Source of the DNA: an uncultured Acidobacteriota bacterium
Lineage (GTDB): Bacteria > Acidobacteriota > B3-B38 > Guanabaribacteriales > CAZYAF01
Assembly (NCBI GenBank): GCA_964645975.1
Contig: CAZYAF010000010.1
Coordinates: 67,682-131,681 of the forward strand
DNA: 64,000 bases
Reading direction: 5' to 3'
Shown: positions 36,828 to 46,171 of the stretch, piece after piece
Numbering within the stretch: position 1 is the stretch's first letter
How the letters are laid out: every line of letters begins with the position of its first letter
Notes under the pieces: generated by a model
What the model was told of the DNA's origin: nothing
Databases searched by the model: none
The model's input: the letters and a program-made list of their open reading frames with translations, nothing else
Program-made: the position numbers and the translations under genes

Positions 36828-38255
36828 ATGGTTATGGAAACAAAATCTATAAAAGTTTGCAATCATATTATTGAAAAGGGGCTGATATCTTTAATAATAT
36901 TTGCTCCCTTAGCCTTTGGTTCAGTAGAAGTTTGGGGCTATTCCATTATTATCCTAAGTGCTGTTGCTTTGACTTTAGTTTGGCTCATAAAAGTATGGCT
37001 AAAAAATAGATTGAAATTCACTATATTTAAAAAAGAGCCCATTGCTTTCAAGCTCGGATATCTTAAAACACCGCTGAATTTACCAATCATCATTTTTATT
37101 GTTTTGATTATCATCCAATTAATTCCTTTACCTGAGAGTGTAGTTCGATTTATCTCACCTAATACTTGTAATATCTATGCTGAAAGCTACAAAGCATTAG
37201 AAGCATCAGTAATAGCCAAAAATCCCTTAAACACTTCTTATTCCCTTTCTCTTTGTCCCAATGCCACTAAAGATGAGCTTTTTAAAATCATAGGGTACGC
37301 TCTTATTTTCTTCCTGGTAATTAACAATATCAAAAGCAAGGTTCAATTGAAAAAGCTAATACTCACCATCGTAATAGTAGCGTTTTGTCTTTCTATTTTT
37401 GGAATAATTCAAAAGGCATTCTGGAATGGAAAGATTTATTGGTTTAGGGAACTAAGATATGGAGGAACTCCTTTTGGCTCCTATGTTAATCGGAATCATT
37501 ATGCTGGATTTATGGTGATGGCTATTCCTCTTGCACTTAGTGCTATCGCTATTACCAAGAGTATAAATAAAAAAATAATATTAAGCTATATGGCATTGAT
37601 TATGGCTTCGACTATATTTATTTCTTTATCTCGAGGAGGGATGCTGGCTTTTCTTGGTTCTTTCTTATTTATTTTATTGAGCTTTTTATTTCATAAAACT
37701 TTAAAGAAACATATATCCTTTATTATCATGCTATTAATGGGCATTGTTATATTCATCCTCTATCTACAGCTCTTTTCTGTAGTAGCTGACAGGTTATTGA
37801 CTGTAATAGACCCTGATGAACTCCTTTCTCAAAAGCGCTTCTTAGTTTGGAAAGATAGTTTAAATATTGTATCAGATTTTCCTTTATTAGGATCAGGTCT
37901 TGGAACATTCAGGTATATTTTTCCAAAATATAAGACCTTTTATAATCGGCTTATTTTTCAATATCCAGAAAATGACTATTTACAATTGTTAACTGAAACA
38001 GGCATTATCGGGTTTTTGATAATTATATGGGGATTATTAGCTTTTTTGATAGCATCTTTTAAACTTATGGCAAAGAATAAAATTTTAATTTTCTTCATTG
38101 GAAGTATTTTTGCAATATTAATTCATAGCTTTTGTGACTTTAATCTTCATATCCCAGCTAATGCTTTAATATTTTCGATTATATTGGCGTTGACTATCAG
38201 GTTTGGATACGAAGTGCAAGGTATTGAAAGAGGAGAAGACGCTGTAAATATATGA
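36828..38255 (+). CDS. O-antigen ligase/polymerase family membrane protein (Wzy_C domain)
   Basis: About 10-12 TM helices with a periplasmic loop containing SLSRGGMLAFLG, the Wzy_C signature region. Confidence 0.7.
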   Translation: MVMETKSIKVCNHIIEKGLISLIIFAPLAFGSVEVWGYSIIILSAVALTLVWLIKVWLKNRLKFTIFKKEPIAFKLGYLKTPLNLPIIIFIVLIIIQLIPLPESVVRFISPNTCNIYAESYKALEASVIAKNPLNTSYSLSLCPNATKDELFKIIGYALIFFLVINNIKSKVQLKKLILTIVIVAFCLSIFGIIQKAFWNGKIYWFRELRYGGTPFGSYVNRNHYAGFMVMAIPLALSAIAITKSINKKIILSYMALIMASTIFISLSRGGMLAFLGSFLFILLSFLFHKTLKKHISFIIMLLMGIVIFILYLQLFSVVADRLLTVIDPDELLSQKRFLVWKDSLNIVSDFPLLGSGLGTFRYIFPKYKTFYNRLIFQYPENDYLQLLTETGIIGFLIIIWGLLAFLIASFKLMAKNKILIFFIGSIFAILIHSFCDFNLHIPANALIFSIILALTIRFGYEVQGIERGEDAVNI

Positions 38256-38273
38256 TTTAATGGAAATAAGTAA

Positions 38274-39635
38274 TTGAGCTATATAGAGGCGAGTAATTAC
38301 TTGAATATATTAATTGTTAAAAAAAGAGTTATTATAAAAAATAGATTGTGCTTGTTTGTTCTCTGCATAGCAGCTGTGTTATTATCATCAATTTTTGTTT
38401 CATCAATTTTTCGAAATTTTATAGCAGACTTTTATTATCAAAAATACATAAATACTATATATAATTCAACCATCGATCAGCAATTTGAATATATCAGTAA
38501 AATGGTATCATTGAATGAGACGAATCCAGAATATCTTTATGAATTTGGGAAATTATTTTATGAAGCCAATTGGGAAAAATATCTCTATGCTAATGTTGAT
38601 TCCAGTTTAATAGGAGATAGGGATGAAAATAGATTACTCCTTCAATCCTTCCTGAAGGTGGCAGATGGCAATCCTAAATTAATACCAATTGTAGCATTAA
38701 AGGAATCAATACGCCATAATCCTCTTAATTCTGAAGTATATCTTGAATTAGCATTAATGTATGCGACTTTAGAGCATACGGAAAATATTGATCTCCTATT
38801 TAAAAGGGCAATCATAATGGACCCCTCAAATATTTTTCTCCATTACTATATTGGAATTTATTCTCTTGGGAACCAAAATTTAGAAAAAGCCTTAGATGAA
38901 TTTAGAAAGGTTTTTGTAATATCAAACTCTTCAGGCATTTTCTTGAGTAATCTATTTCTTAATATAGTAGAACGAGTGTATTTATTCAATTCTGGATATT
39001 ATACTTTAGCGAAAATAAATCCATCATCTTATAAAGCTCTTTCATCATTAGCAAACTTTTTAAGGAATAAAAACCGTTGGGGTGATAGCAAAAAAGCTTT
39101 TTATAGGAGCATCAAATTAGCTCCTACAGATAAGAAAGTTGACATAATTTATAAATTTGCAGCAGCATCGGCTTCCAACAAGGATTGGCAGGAGCTTAAT
39201 AAAATCAATGAGAAATTTAATAATTGCATCTCCGCAAATAAGGAAGTTAATAAATCATTTAATCTACTGCTTATTAGAAGTTCCTATTCTCAAAAGGATT
39301 ATGTTGAGGTATTAAAAAGAGCAGAATTATTAATTGAATCTTGTCCTTATGATTATCAACCTTATTATTATAAAGGCCTATCCTTGTTAAGGTTGGGAAG
39401 GAAAGGGGAAGGATTCTACAATTTAGAGAAAGCAGCTAAGCTTTCTCCAGAAAATATTGGTCTCCATAGAACGCTTGCTTTCTCATATGAATCAGTAAAA
39501 CAGTATGATGGAGCACTGGCTAAATGGAAGCTCGTCTTAGAATTAGCAAAAGCTAATGGGAAAAATGAAAAACAATATTCCGATGCTCTTGATAACATCG
39601 TAAGAATAAAGACAAAATTAGAAATGTCTAATTAA
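38274..39635 (+). CDS. TPR-repeat protein with N-terminal TM anchor
   Basis: TM LCLFVLCIAAVLLSSIFVSSIF. Repeated TPR-like helices with conserved Y/A/L spacing. Start uncertain. Confidence 0.5.
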   Translation: MSYIEASNYLNILIVKKRVIIKNRLCLFVLCIAAVLLSSIFVSSIFRNFIADFYYQKYINTIYNSTIDQQFEYISKMVSLNETNPEYLYEFGKLFYEANWEKYLYANVDSSLIGDRDENRLLLQSFLKVADGNPKLIPIVALKESIRHNPLNSEVYLELALMYATLEHTENIDLLFKRAIIMDPSNIFLHYYIGIYSLGNQNLEKALDEFRKVFVISNSSGIFLSNLFLNIVERVYLFNSGYYTLAKINPSSYKALSSLANFLRNKNRWGDSKKAFYRSIKLAPTDKKVDIIYKFAAASASNKDWQELNKINEKFNNCISANKEVNKSFNLLLIRSSYSQKDYVEVLKRAELLIESCPYDYQPYYYKGLSLLRLGRKGEGFYNLEKAAKLSPENIGLHRTLAFSYESVKQYDGALAKWKLVLELAKANGKNEKQYSDALDNIVRIKTKLEMSN

Positions 39636-39671
39636 ATTTAATTAAGGTATTTAAACAGTGACAGGCTCAAA

Positions 39672-40202
39672 ATGAACCAAATAGTTGACATAAAAAAGGA
39701 TGAAAATAATTTTAAATGGTATGCCATTTATACACGGAGCCGACATGAGTTTAAAGTCAACAAAGAATTATCTCGAAAGCAATTTGACACATTCCTTCCC
39801 GTAGCTAATTCTTTACGGCGCTGGAAAGATAGAAAAAAGTATATAGAAACTCCCTTATTTCCCGGTTATTTATTCATAAATTGTCAGATGGATAATTATA
39901 AACATTTAGAGATTCTGAAGACTAAAGGTGTGGTGCGAGTTTTGGGGATAAATAAAAAGGAGTTATCTACCATCCCGCATGAAGAGATAGAATCGATCAG
40001 GATATTAACCGAGAATAACGCCACCATTAACTCCCATCCCTATGTGAAAGAGGGGAGTAGCGTAGAGATAATAAGCGGACCTTTAGCTGGCGCTAAGGGG
40101 ATTTTGATCGAAAAGGACGTGTATAAATCCACCATAGTTGTATCTATTCACCTTTTAGGAAGAAGCATCTCGGTGGAAGTAGATAGCTGTGATATCAGGT
40201 AA
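39672..40202 (+). CDS. NusG-family specialised paralog (UpxY/LoaP-like transcription antiterminator), copy 1
   Basis: NGN domain KWYAIYTRSRHEFKVNKEL...FPGYLFIN. C-terminal KOW-like segment GSSVEIISGPLAGAKGILIEK. Confidence 0.75.
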   Translation: MNQIVDIKKDENNFKWYAIYTRSRHEFKVNKELSRKQFDTFLPVANSLRRWKDRKKYIETPLFPGYLFINCQMDNYKHLEILKTKGVVRVLGINKKELSTIPHEEIESIRILTENNATINSHPYVKEGSSVEIISGPLAGAKGILIEKDVYKSTIVVSIHLLGRSISVEVDSCDIR

Positions 40203-40565
40203 TAGTGTGCTAATTGCAAGGGAAATAATCCCTTTTTGATATAGTAAAGTTTGATTGAGAGATTTGTTAATTTTAGATATGAAAGAGGCCAATGTAACTA
40301 AGAGTGCGAAGCTGTGTATATTTTAAATAGAAAATAATAATTGCAGTTAAAAATTTATCTTAAAAGTAACTTAGAATGTAATTAAGTCAATTAGAACCAG
40401 ATATAAAAATTGTTGAATTTGCTCAAGAATTTGGCAAAAAATATTCTTTATACACTCTTGAAAAAAATCCAGAAGAACAACACCCCATCAATAATTTTAA
40501 TAAGAGCTTGATCTTATCCATGAAAACATCAGTAATATGCACTAATAGACTATGAGAAGACCCCA

Positions 40566-41102
40566 ATGAATTCCACGATATGCAATCAAGAATTAGATAA
40601 ATCTCTTAAATGGTATGCTATATATACCCGAAGTAGACATGAATTTAAGGTAAATCAGGAATTAGCTCGAAAGCAATTTGACACCTTTCTGCCGGCAGTT
40701 AAATCTCTGCGACGTTGGAAAGATAGAAAAAAATACATAAATATCCCTTTGTTCCCCGGATACTTATTCCTCCATTGTCAAATGGATGATCATAAATATC
40801 TAGAGATTCAGAAGACTAATGGTGTGGTAAAAGTTCTAGGGAAAAATAAAAGGGAATTGTTCTCTATTCCAGATGAAGAGATAGAATCGGTCAGGATATT
40901 AACCGAGAATAAAACAACCATTAAGCATCATCCCTATGTGAAAGAGGAAAATAGTATAGAGATAGTAAATGGTCCTTTAGCTGGAACAAAGGGAATTCTA
41001 ACAGAGAAGGACTCGCATAAATCCACCATAGTTGTAACTATACACCTTATAGTAAAAAGCATCTCATGTGAAGTTGATAATAGCGATATTGAACCTTGTT
41101 GA
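40566..41102 (+). CDS. NusG-family specialised paralog (UpxY/LoaP-like), copy 2, a tandem duplicate
   Basis: About 70% aa and about 80% nt identity to copy 1 over the NGN and KOW regions. Confidence 0.75.
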   Translation: MNSTICNQELDKSLKWYAIYTRSRHEFKVNQELARKQFDTFLPAVKSLRRWKDRKKYINIPLFPGYLFLHCQMDDHKYLEIQKTNGVVKVLGKNKRELFSIPDEEIESVRILTENKTTIKHHPYVKEENSIEIVNGPLAGTKGILTEKDSHKSTIVVTIHLIVKSISCEVDNSDIEPC

Positions 41103-41307
41103 AATGCTTATAAATAAGGTCTGTTCTGGCTGCAGAGCCAGAAGTTGATTAAACATTAAATAATATGGCTATGAAAAGGAGTTAATGCATCAGATAGGGG
41201 GAAGAGGTAAATTGATATTAAAAAGAGCGATATTCATTTGATCTCTTTTATAAACCTAAGCTTACTAATGGTAAGTTAAATATTTTAAATCTAAAGGAGA
41301 AACATAA

Positions 41308-42477
41308 ATGCTCGATGCTTTAATTGTCGGTTCAGGACCTGCTGGAAGTCATGCTGCATATCTATTAGCTAACATGGGATACGAGGTAATGCTATTAGAG
41401 GGTAAAAAGACTCCAAAGAAATTCATAAACTGCACCGGCATACTCGGCTTCGAAGCCTTTCAGAAATTCAACCTCTGGGATGTTCCTATTCTAAATCGCA
41501 TTAATAAAGTCAAATTTATATCACCACGCGGCAAAACCTTTGCCTATCATTCCGATTCAGATTTAGCTTATGTGGTAGAACGCATAGGATTTGATTCTTA
41601 TCTAATAGATAGAGCGATAAATGCAGGAGCTTCTTTTATGGACAACAGCTGGGTTAATAAGATATCAATAAATGGAGACGGAGTGAGAGCTGAAATATCC
41701 TCCAAAGACCAATCAATAAAATTAGATGCGAAGGTAGCGATTATCGCTGCCGGATTTGGTTCCCATTTAATCGAGATAGCGGGTCTTAAGAATCCTCCCG
41801 GATTCATCGAGGCTGCTCAAGCAGATGTCTATGGTTCAGGCTTTGATACAACCGAAGTATATCTTGGAAGTGAAGTTGCCCCCGGTTCTTTTGCCTGGTT
41901 TGTGCCTTTAGGAGAGGAAAGAGCCTTAGTGGGACTTACCACAAAAAAGGAGTGCACAAAGTATCTGAAGAAATTGCTAAATAAGATAAAAACTGAAAAA
42001 GATATTACAGAGACAAAAAATTTGCAATGCAGCCATCTTCCATTAGCTGTAATTCCTAAAGGATATTCTGAAAGAGTCCTTGTCGTAGGAGAAGCAGCCG
42101 GTCAGGTAAAAACCACCACTAACGGTGGTATCTACTATGGGATGATCGGTGCAGACTTTGCCGCTCAAGTTTTGCATAAAACCTTTCAGCAGAACCGCTT
42201 CGATGAAGAAATCTTAAGTAAATACGATCAACTATGGAAAGCTAAGCTTGCTCCAGAGATTAATACCGGTCTAAGACTAAGGGAATTATATTCCGGTCTA
42301 TCGGATTCTAAGATAAATCTTCTCTTAAGCATTATAAGTATGAACGGAATCATGCCGCTCATAAGGAAAAACCTCAACTTCGATTGGCACCAAGGATTAA
42401 TTTCATCCCTGATAACTAATCCTTTAATCGATCGGTTTTTTAGCTCCAAAATGCAAAGTGAAAATGTAAAACACTAA
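41308..42477 (+). CDS. FAD-dependent oxidoreductase, geranylgeranyl reductase family
   Basis: GxGxxG motif in LIVGSGPAGSHAAYLLANMGYEVMLLE. About 390 aa, typical of the GGR/FixC-like family. Confidence 0.7.
   Translation: MLDALIVGSGPAGSHAAYLLANMGYEVMLLEGKKTPKKFINCTGILGFEAFQKFNLWDVPILNRINKVKFISPRGKTFAYHSDSDLAYVVERIGFDSYLIDRAINAGASFMDNSWVNKISINGDGVRAEISSKDQSIKLDAKVAIIAAGFGSHLIEIAGLKNPPGFIEAAQADVYGSGFDTTEVYLGSEVAPGSFAWFVPLGEERALVGLTTKKECTKYLKKLLNKIKTEKDITETKNLQCSHLPLAVIPKGYSERVLVVGEAAGQVKTTTNGGIYYGMIGADFAAQVLHKTFQQNRFDEEILSKYDQLWKAKLAPEINTGLRLRELYSGLSDSKINLLLSIISMNGIMPLIRKNLNFDWHQGLISSLITNPLIDRFFSSKMQSENVKH
42266..42420 (+). repeat. Direct repeat copy A: last ~155 bp of the geranylgeranyl-reductase-family gene
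   Basis: About 80% identical to 43415-43562 (CCGGTCTAAGACTAAGGGAATTATATTCC...AACCTCAACTTCGA...TCATCCCT). Confidence 0.8.
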
Positions 42478-42573
42478 TTCACTTTACATCAATTTCAAAC
42501 ATCGATGAAGAAAACAAGAGATTTATTAGCATATAAGCAATCGTTTTCTATAGAATAATAAAGATATCGCCAA

Positions 42574-42759
42574 ATGAAGAAATTGAAGATTTTAATAATT
42601 ACTGGAATTTTTCCCCCAAATATTGATAGACCAGCAACATATGTCTCTCAGATAGTAAATTTCTTAGCAAAACATGGCCATAAAATCACTATTTTTGCTC
42701 TGAGTGAAAGTTTAGACTATGCTCATAATAGAAAAAACCGAGAAAGTGCTGTGGAATAG
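42574..42759 (+). pseudogene. N-terminal fragment (61 codons) of a GT4-family glycosyltransferase
   Basis: MKKLKILIITGIFPPNIDRPATYVSQIVNFLAKHGHKITIF is a typical GT4 N-terminal domain start. The ORF terminates after 61 aa. Confidence 0.55.
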
Positions 42760-42767
42760 CTCCAATC

Positions 42768-43394
42768 TTGCAAGAGGCAAAGATGAGTTATAATCCTGAT
42801 GTAATCCTTGAAGTTATCCCCAGCGGAACTGGATATGTTCTTGAATTAGGAGGAGCAAAAGGGATACTGCGACCATACCTTCAGGAACGCGGCTACAACT
42901 ATATTAACGTAGATATTAAATGTTTCGAGAATGGAGAACCAACGCTTATTGGTGATGCGCAAAATCTTCCTTTCAAAGATAGTGTTTTTGATATAATAGT
43001 AGGCAAGGATACCTTGGAGCATTTCATAGAACCATGGACGGTTGCCGAAGAAGCTTTTCGTATTCTGAAGCCAGGTGGATTATTCATTATATATGTGTCA
43101 TTTATGTATGGCTTTCCTGGGAACGATTTTTATCGGTATAGCTCTTTAGGTTTTCAGCACCTGTTGAAAGATTTTGAAATAGTTTTGTTAGATGGTTGCC
43201 AATGGATATTTACATTGATTGGTCAGATAGTTATTGGAGGACTTAAACAGCTTCATCTTGGATTTTTAGAACCATCTATCAAGAAGCCATGCTATTGGTT
43301 GGACAAGCTCTTTACTCGGAACCGTAAGCGTCCTGCAAATTTTGCAGCAGCTTATCGAGTTGTGGCCCGTAAACCAAGCAAGCAATCCGCATAA
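42768..43394 (+). CDS. Class I SAM-dependent methyltransferase
   Basis: Motif I VLELGGAKG. Post-I acidic residue. LKPGGLFIIYV motif. Confidence 0.7.
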   Translation: MQEAKMSYNPDVILEVIPSGTGYVLELGGAKGILRPYLQERGYNYINVDIKCFENGEPTLIGDAQNLPFKDSVFDIIVGKDTLEHFIEPWTVAEEAFRILKPGGLFIIYVSFMYGFPGNDFYRYSSLGFQHLLKDFEIVLLDGCQWIFTLIGQIVIGGLKQLHLGFLEPSIKKPCYWLDKLFTRNRKRPANFAAAYRVVARKPSKQSA

Positions 43395-43414
43395 ATATGG
43401 GAATGCTGCTCAAA

Positions 43415-43562
43415 CAGGTCTAAGGTTAAGGGAATTATATTCCCATCTAACCGATTACAAAATAAATCTCCTCTTCAGCATAATAAATATGAACGGAATT
43501 ATACCACTTATAAAGAAAACCTCAACTTCGACTGACATAGAGGATTAATATCATCCCTAATA
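43415..43562 (+). repeat. Direct repeat copy B: a degenerate duplicate of the 3' end of the geranylgeranyl-reductase-family gene
   Basis: Translation TGLRLRELYSHLTDYKINLLFSIINMNGIIPLIKK matches residues TGLRLRELYSGLSDSKINLLLSIISMNGIMPLIRK of the gene at 41308-42477. Confidence 0.8.
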
Positions 43563-43721
43563 AAAAAGCACGCTATTCAAAAATTTTTAGGTATTAAGTT
43601 TTAAAGCTTAAATAAGACCATTTGTGCTTGATTTTTTTTATTTCACAATATAGAAAGAAAAATTAAAACTTTTAATATAGAAGTGTTGGAAACTAAAGAG
43701 AGTAGATAAGGAGGCTATGAA

Positions 43722-44705
43722 ATGTCATTTTGGACAAATAAGGAAGTATTAGTAACCGGAGGAGCTGGTTTTATTGGTTCACATCTGGTTGAATTTTTAT
43801 TAGAAGAAGGGGTAAAAGTTAGCATTGCGGATAATCTGGAAAGAGGTAAATTTGAAAATTTGAGAAATGTAGAAAAAGATATTAACTTTATTAATATTGA
43901 TTTACGAGAGTTTGATAATTGTAAGAAAGCTTGCAAGGGACAAGAGGTTGTATTTAATTTAGCAGCTAAAGTTACTGGAATTGAGTATAACAGAACCCAT
44001 CAAAGGGAAATGTTTGAAAATAATATGTTACTCCAGCAGTATCCCCTAAAAGCTGCCACTGAAATGGGTGTAAATAGGTTTTGCCAGGTAAGCACTGCCT
44101 GTATCTATCCTCATGATGCCATTGTTCCAACCCCGGAAAGTGAAGGCACTCGAGGCGAACCAGAGCCGACAAATGGTGGCTATGGATGGGCAAAAAGGAT
44201 GGGCGAGAGACTAGCAGAATATTATGCGCAAGAAACAGATATGGAAATTGTAATAGTCAGACCCTTTAATGCCTATGGTTCACGAGATTATTATGATGAA
44301 AAAACCTCCCATGTAATTCCAGCACTAATAAAGAAGGTAATGGATGGAAATAACCCAGTTGTTGTGTGGGGAAGCGGAAATCAAAGTCGAGTGTTTATTA
44401 ATGCAAAGGATATTGCCAGAGGAATGATGTTGGTTACGGAAAAATATTCAAAAGTAGATCCAGTAAATTTAGGTCATAATGAAGAGATAAAAATTAAGGA
44501 TTTATTGAAAATAATTCAGGAGATGACTGGAATTCATAATGAAGTATTCTATGATACATCAAAGCCCGAGGGATACCCAAGGAGAGCTGCAGACACATCA
44601 AAATTAAAAAAGGTAACAAATGGCTTTATACCTTCCATATCATTAGAAGAAGGTATAAAAGAAATGATCAAATGGTATGAGAACCAGAAAAGCATTGGTA
44701 ACTAA
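43722..44705 (+). CDS. NAD-dependent nucleotide-sugar epimerase/dehydratase (SDR family)
   Basis: VLVTGGAGFIGSHLVEFL Rossmann motif. YxxxK catalytic region GGYGWAKRMGE. Confidence 0.75.
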   Translation: MSFWTNKEVLVTGGAGFIGSHLVEFLLEEGVKVSIADNLERGKFENLRNVEKDINFINIDLREFDNCKKACKGQEVVFNLAAKVTGIEYNRTHQREMFENNMLLQQYPLKAATEMGVNRFCQVSTACIYPHDAIVPTPESEGTRGEPEPTNGGYGWAKRMGERLAEYYAQETDMEIVIVRPFNAYGSRDYYDEKTSHVIPALIKKVMDGNNPVVVWGSGNQSRVFINAKDIARGMMLVTEKYSKVDPVNLGHNEEIKIKDLLKIIQEMTGIHNEVFYDTSKPEGYPRRAADTSKLKKVTNGFIPSISLEEGIKEMIKWYENQKSIGN

Positions 44706-44718
44706 AATAGCAGATTTT
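44583..44718 (+). repeat. Direct repeat copy A: last ~135 bp of the epimerase gene
   Basis: About 88% identical to 45982-46116. Confidence 0.8.
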
Positions 44719-44895
44719 TGTGGGTTCAAAGGAAAAATAATTCAGGATACCAGCAAGCCTGATGGGCAACCGAGAAGAGGGCTTGATACTTATTGAGCCG
44801 AAAAGGAATTCGGCTTTAGATCCGGGATAAATTTTGATGAAGGTCTAAAAAAGACAATTAATTGGTGCAGAAAATATAGAAATCAACTAAGTTAA
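44711..44895 (+). pseudogene. 3' remnant of a GDP-L-fucose-synthase-like (fcl-type) epimerase/reductase with an in-frame TGA
   Basis: Translation [57 protein letters not shown] matches fcl C-termini (DTSKPDGTPRKLLD...LGW...EGL). Confidence 0.55.
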
Positions 44896-44975
44896 TCTAA
44901 GAAAGTTTCATTCCATCTTTTAACAGTTAGTATTATTCCTTCTGTTTAATTGAATGAGGAAAAGCTTTCAATTGT

Positions 44976-45962
44976 ATGAGTTCAAAAGATCAGAGACTTA
45001 AGCTAATATGCCCAAATTGCCATGCTGACTTAAGCGAGCAGAAAGGTTTATTTTTATTTTGTAATACATGCATGAATAAATATCCTATTATAAAAAGAAT
45101 TCCTTCATTTATAGAAAAAGAAAAAACTTACGGCGGAGGTCAGGGACAATTTAATCAACTTTTTAAAGGAAAACTTGTAGAAGAAAAAAATTTAATAATA
45201 AAATTATATAACAAAATTTCGTGTTCCCAAAATAGAATTGCTTTCATTAAAAAACATTTAAAGAAATATTCTGGTTCAAAAATATTAGATATAGGATGTG
45301 GGGGAGGGGGATTAGCCTTTTTATATAAAAAGTACTCAAATATATTAATAGGATTAGATGTTAGTTTAGATTCGTTAATGCAGGCGAGAAAATTTGATAT
45401 ATATGATTTATTAATTCATTCCTCAATTGAAAGCAATCCATTTCCTGAAAATTATTTTGATGTAATTGTTAGTTCAGATGTATTAGGGCATACTTTTTTA
45501 AAAACAAAAGAAGAAGCATATCATGAAATGTGGAGAATTCTAAAACCCCAAGGTGCGATGATTCATGTTATCGAAACAGATAGCACAAACTTTTGGATTA
45601 GAATTGCTAAGAAAAACCCACAATTATATAAAACAAACCATATAGATAAACATGGCCATATAGGAATGGAATTGCCTAGCATTATTATAAAAAGATGCAA
45701 AAAAATCGGTTTTAAAATTATTGATACTTCTAAAATACATGCTATTATTCTGCCGCCAGAAGTTATAATTTCTTGGTTTGATGGAGATTTTGATCGACCT
45801 TTTTTTATAGATTTTTTTCTATATTTTTCAAAAATTACCTGTTCAAGCAAATATTTTAATTTCTTAATAAATTTTATTCTTGGCATGATTGAAAAACCTC
45901 TAAATAAAATTATACCTATCGACTGGACCACAGGGCTTTTGCTTTGTGCTCAAAAAAAGTAA
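44976..45962 (+). CDS. SAM-dependent methyltransferase with an N-terminal Trm112-like zinc-ribbon
   Basis: CPNCHADL...CNTC four-Cys ribbon. Motif I LDIGCGGGGLAF. Confidence 0.65.
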   Translation: MSSKDQRLKLICPNCHADLSEQKGLFLFCNTCMNKYPIIKRIPSFIEKEKTYGGGQGQFNQLFKGKLVEEKNLIIKLYNKISCSQNRIAFIKKHLKKYSGSKILDIGCGGGGLAFLYKKYSNILIGLDVSLDSLMQARKFDIYDLLIHSSIESNPFPENYFDVIVSSDVLGHTFLKTKEEAYHEMWRILKPQGAMIHVIETDSTNFWIRIAKKNPQLYKTNHIDKHGHIGMELPSIIIKRCKKIGFKIIDTSKIHAIILPPEVIISWFDGDFDRPFFIDFFLYFSKITCSSKYFNFLINFILGMIEKPLNKIIPIDWTTGLLLCAQKK

Positions 45963-45981
45963 TCCTGAAAGCTATCTCATA

Positions 45982-46116
45982 AGAGCTGCTGATACATCAA
46001 AATTAAAGAAAGTAACAAATGGTTTTATTCCTTCCATAGCTTTAGAAGAAGGTCTAAAAGAAATGATCAAATGGTATGAAAACCAGAAAAGCATTGGTAA
46101 TCAAAATAGCTGATTT
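45982..46116 (+). repeat. Direct repeat copy B: duplicate of the epimerase 3' end
   Basis: Translation SKLKKVTNGFIPSIALEEGLKEMIKWYENQKSIGN matches the C-terminus of the gene at 43722-44705. Confidence 0.8.
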
Positions 46117-46171
46117 ATATAAATTAAAATTAAAAATTTTCAGTATTAGAATTTTATGCCATTGGTTTTAA

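Noticed and set aside
43342-43548. 68-aa ORF MQQLIELWPVNQ...TGLRLRELYSHLTDYKINLL
   Set aside because: It is not an independent gene. Its conserved part is the duplicated 3' end of the geranylgeranyl reductase gene, reported as repeat copy B.
45563-45931. 122-aa minus-strand ORF inside the methyltransferase gene
   Set aside because: It is an AT-rich antisense ORF with no motif. The plus-strand product has the SAM motif I and a zinc ribbon.
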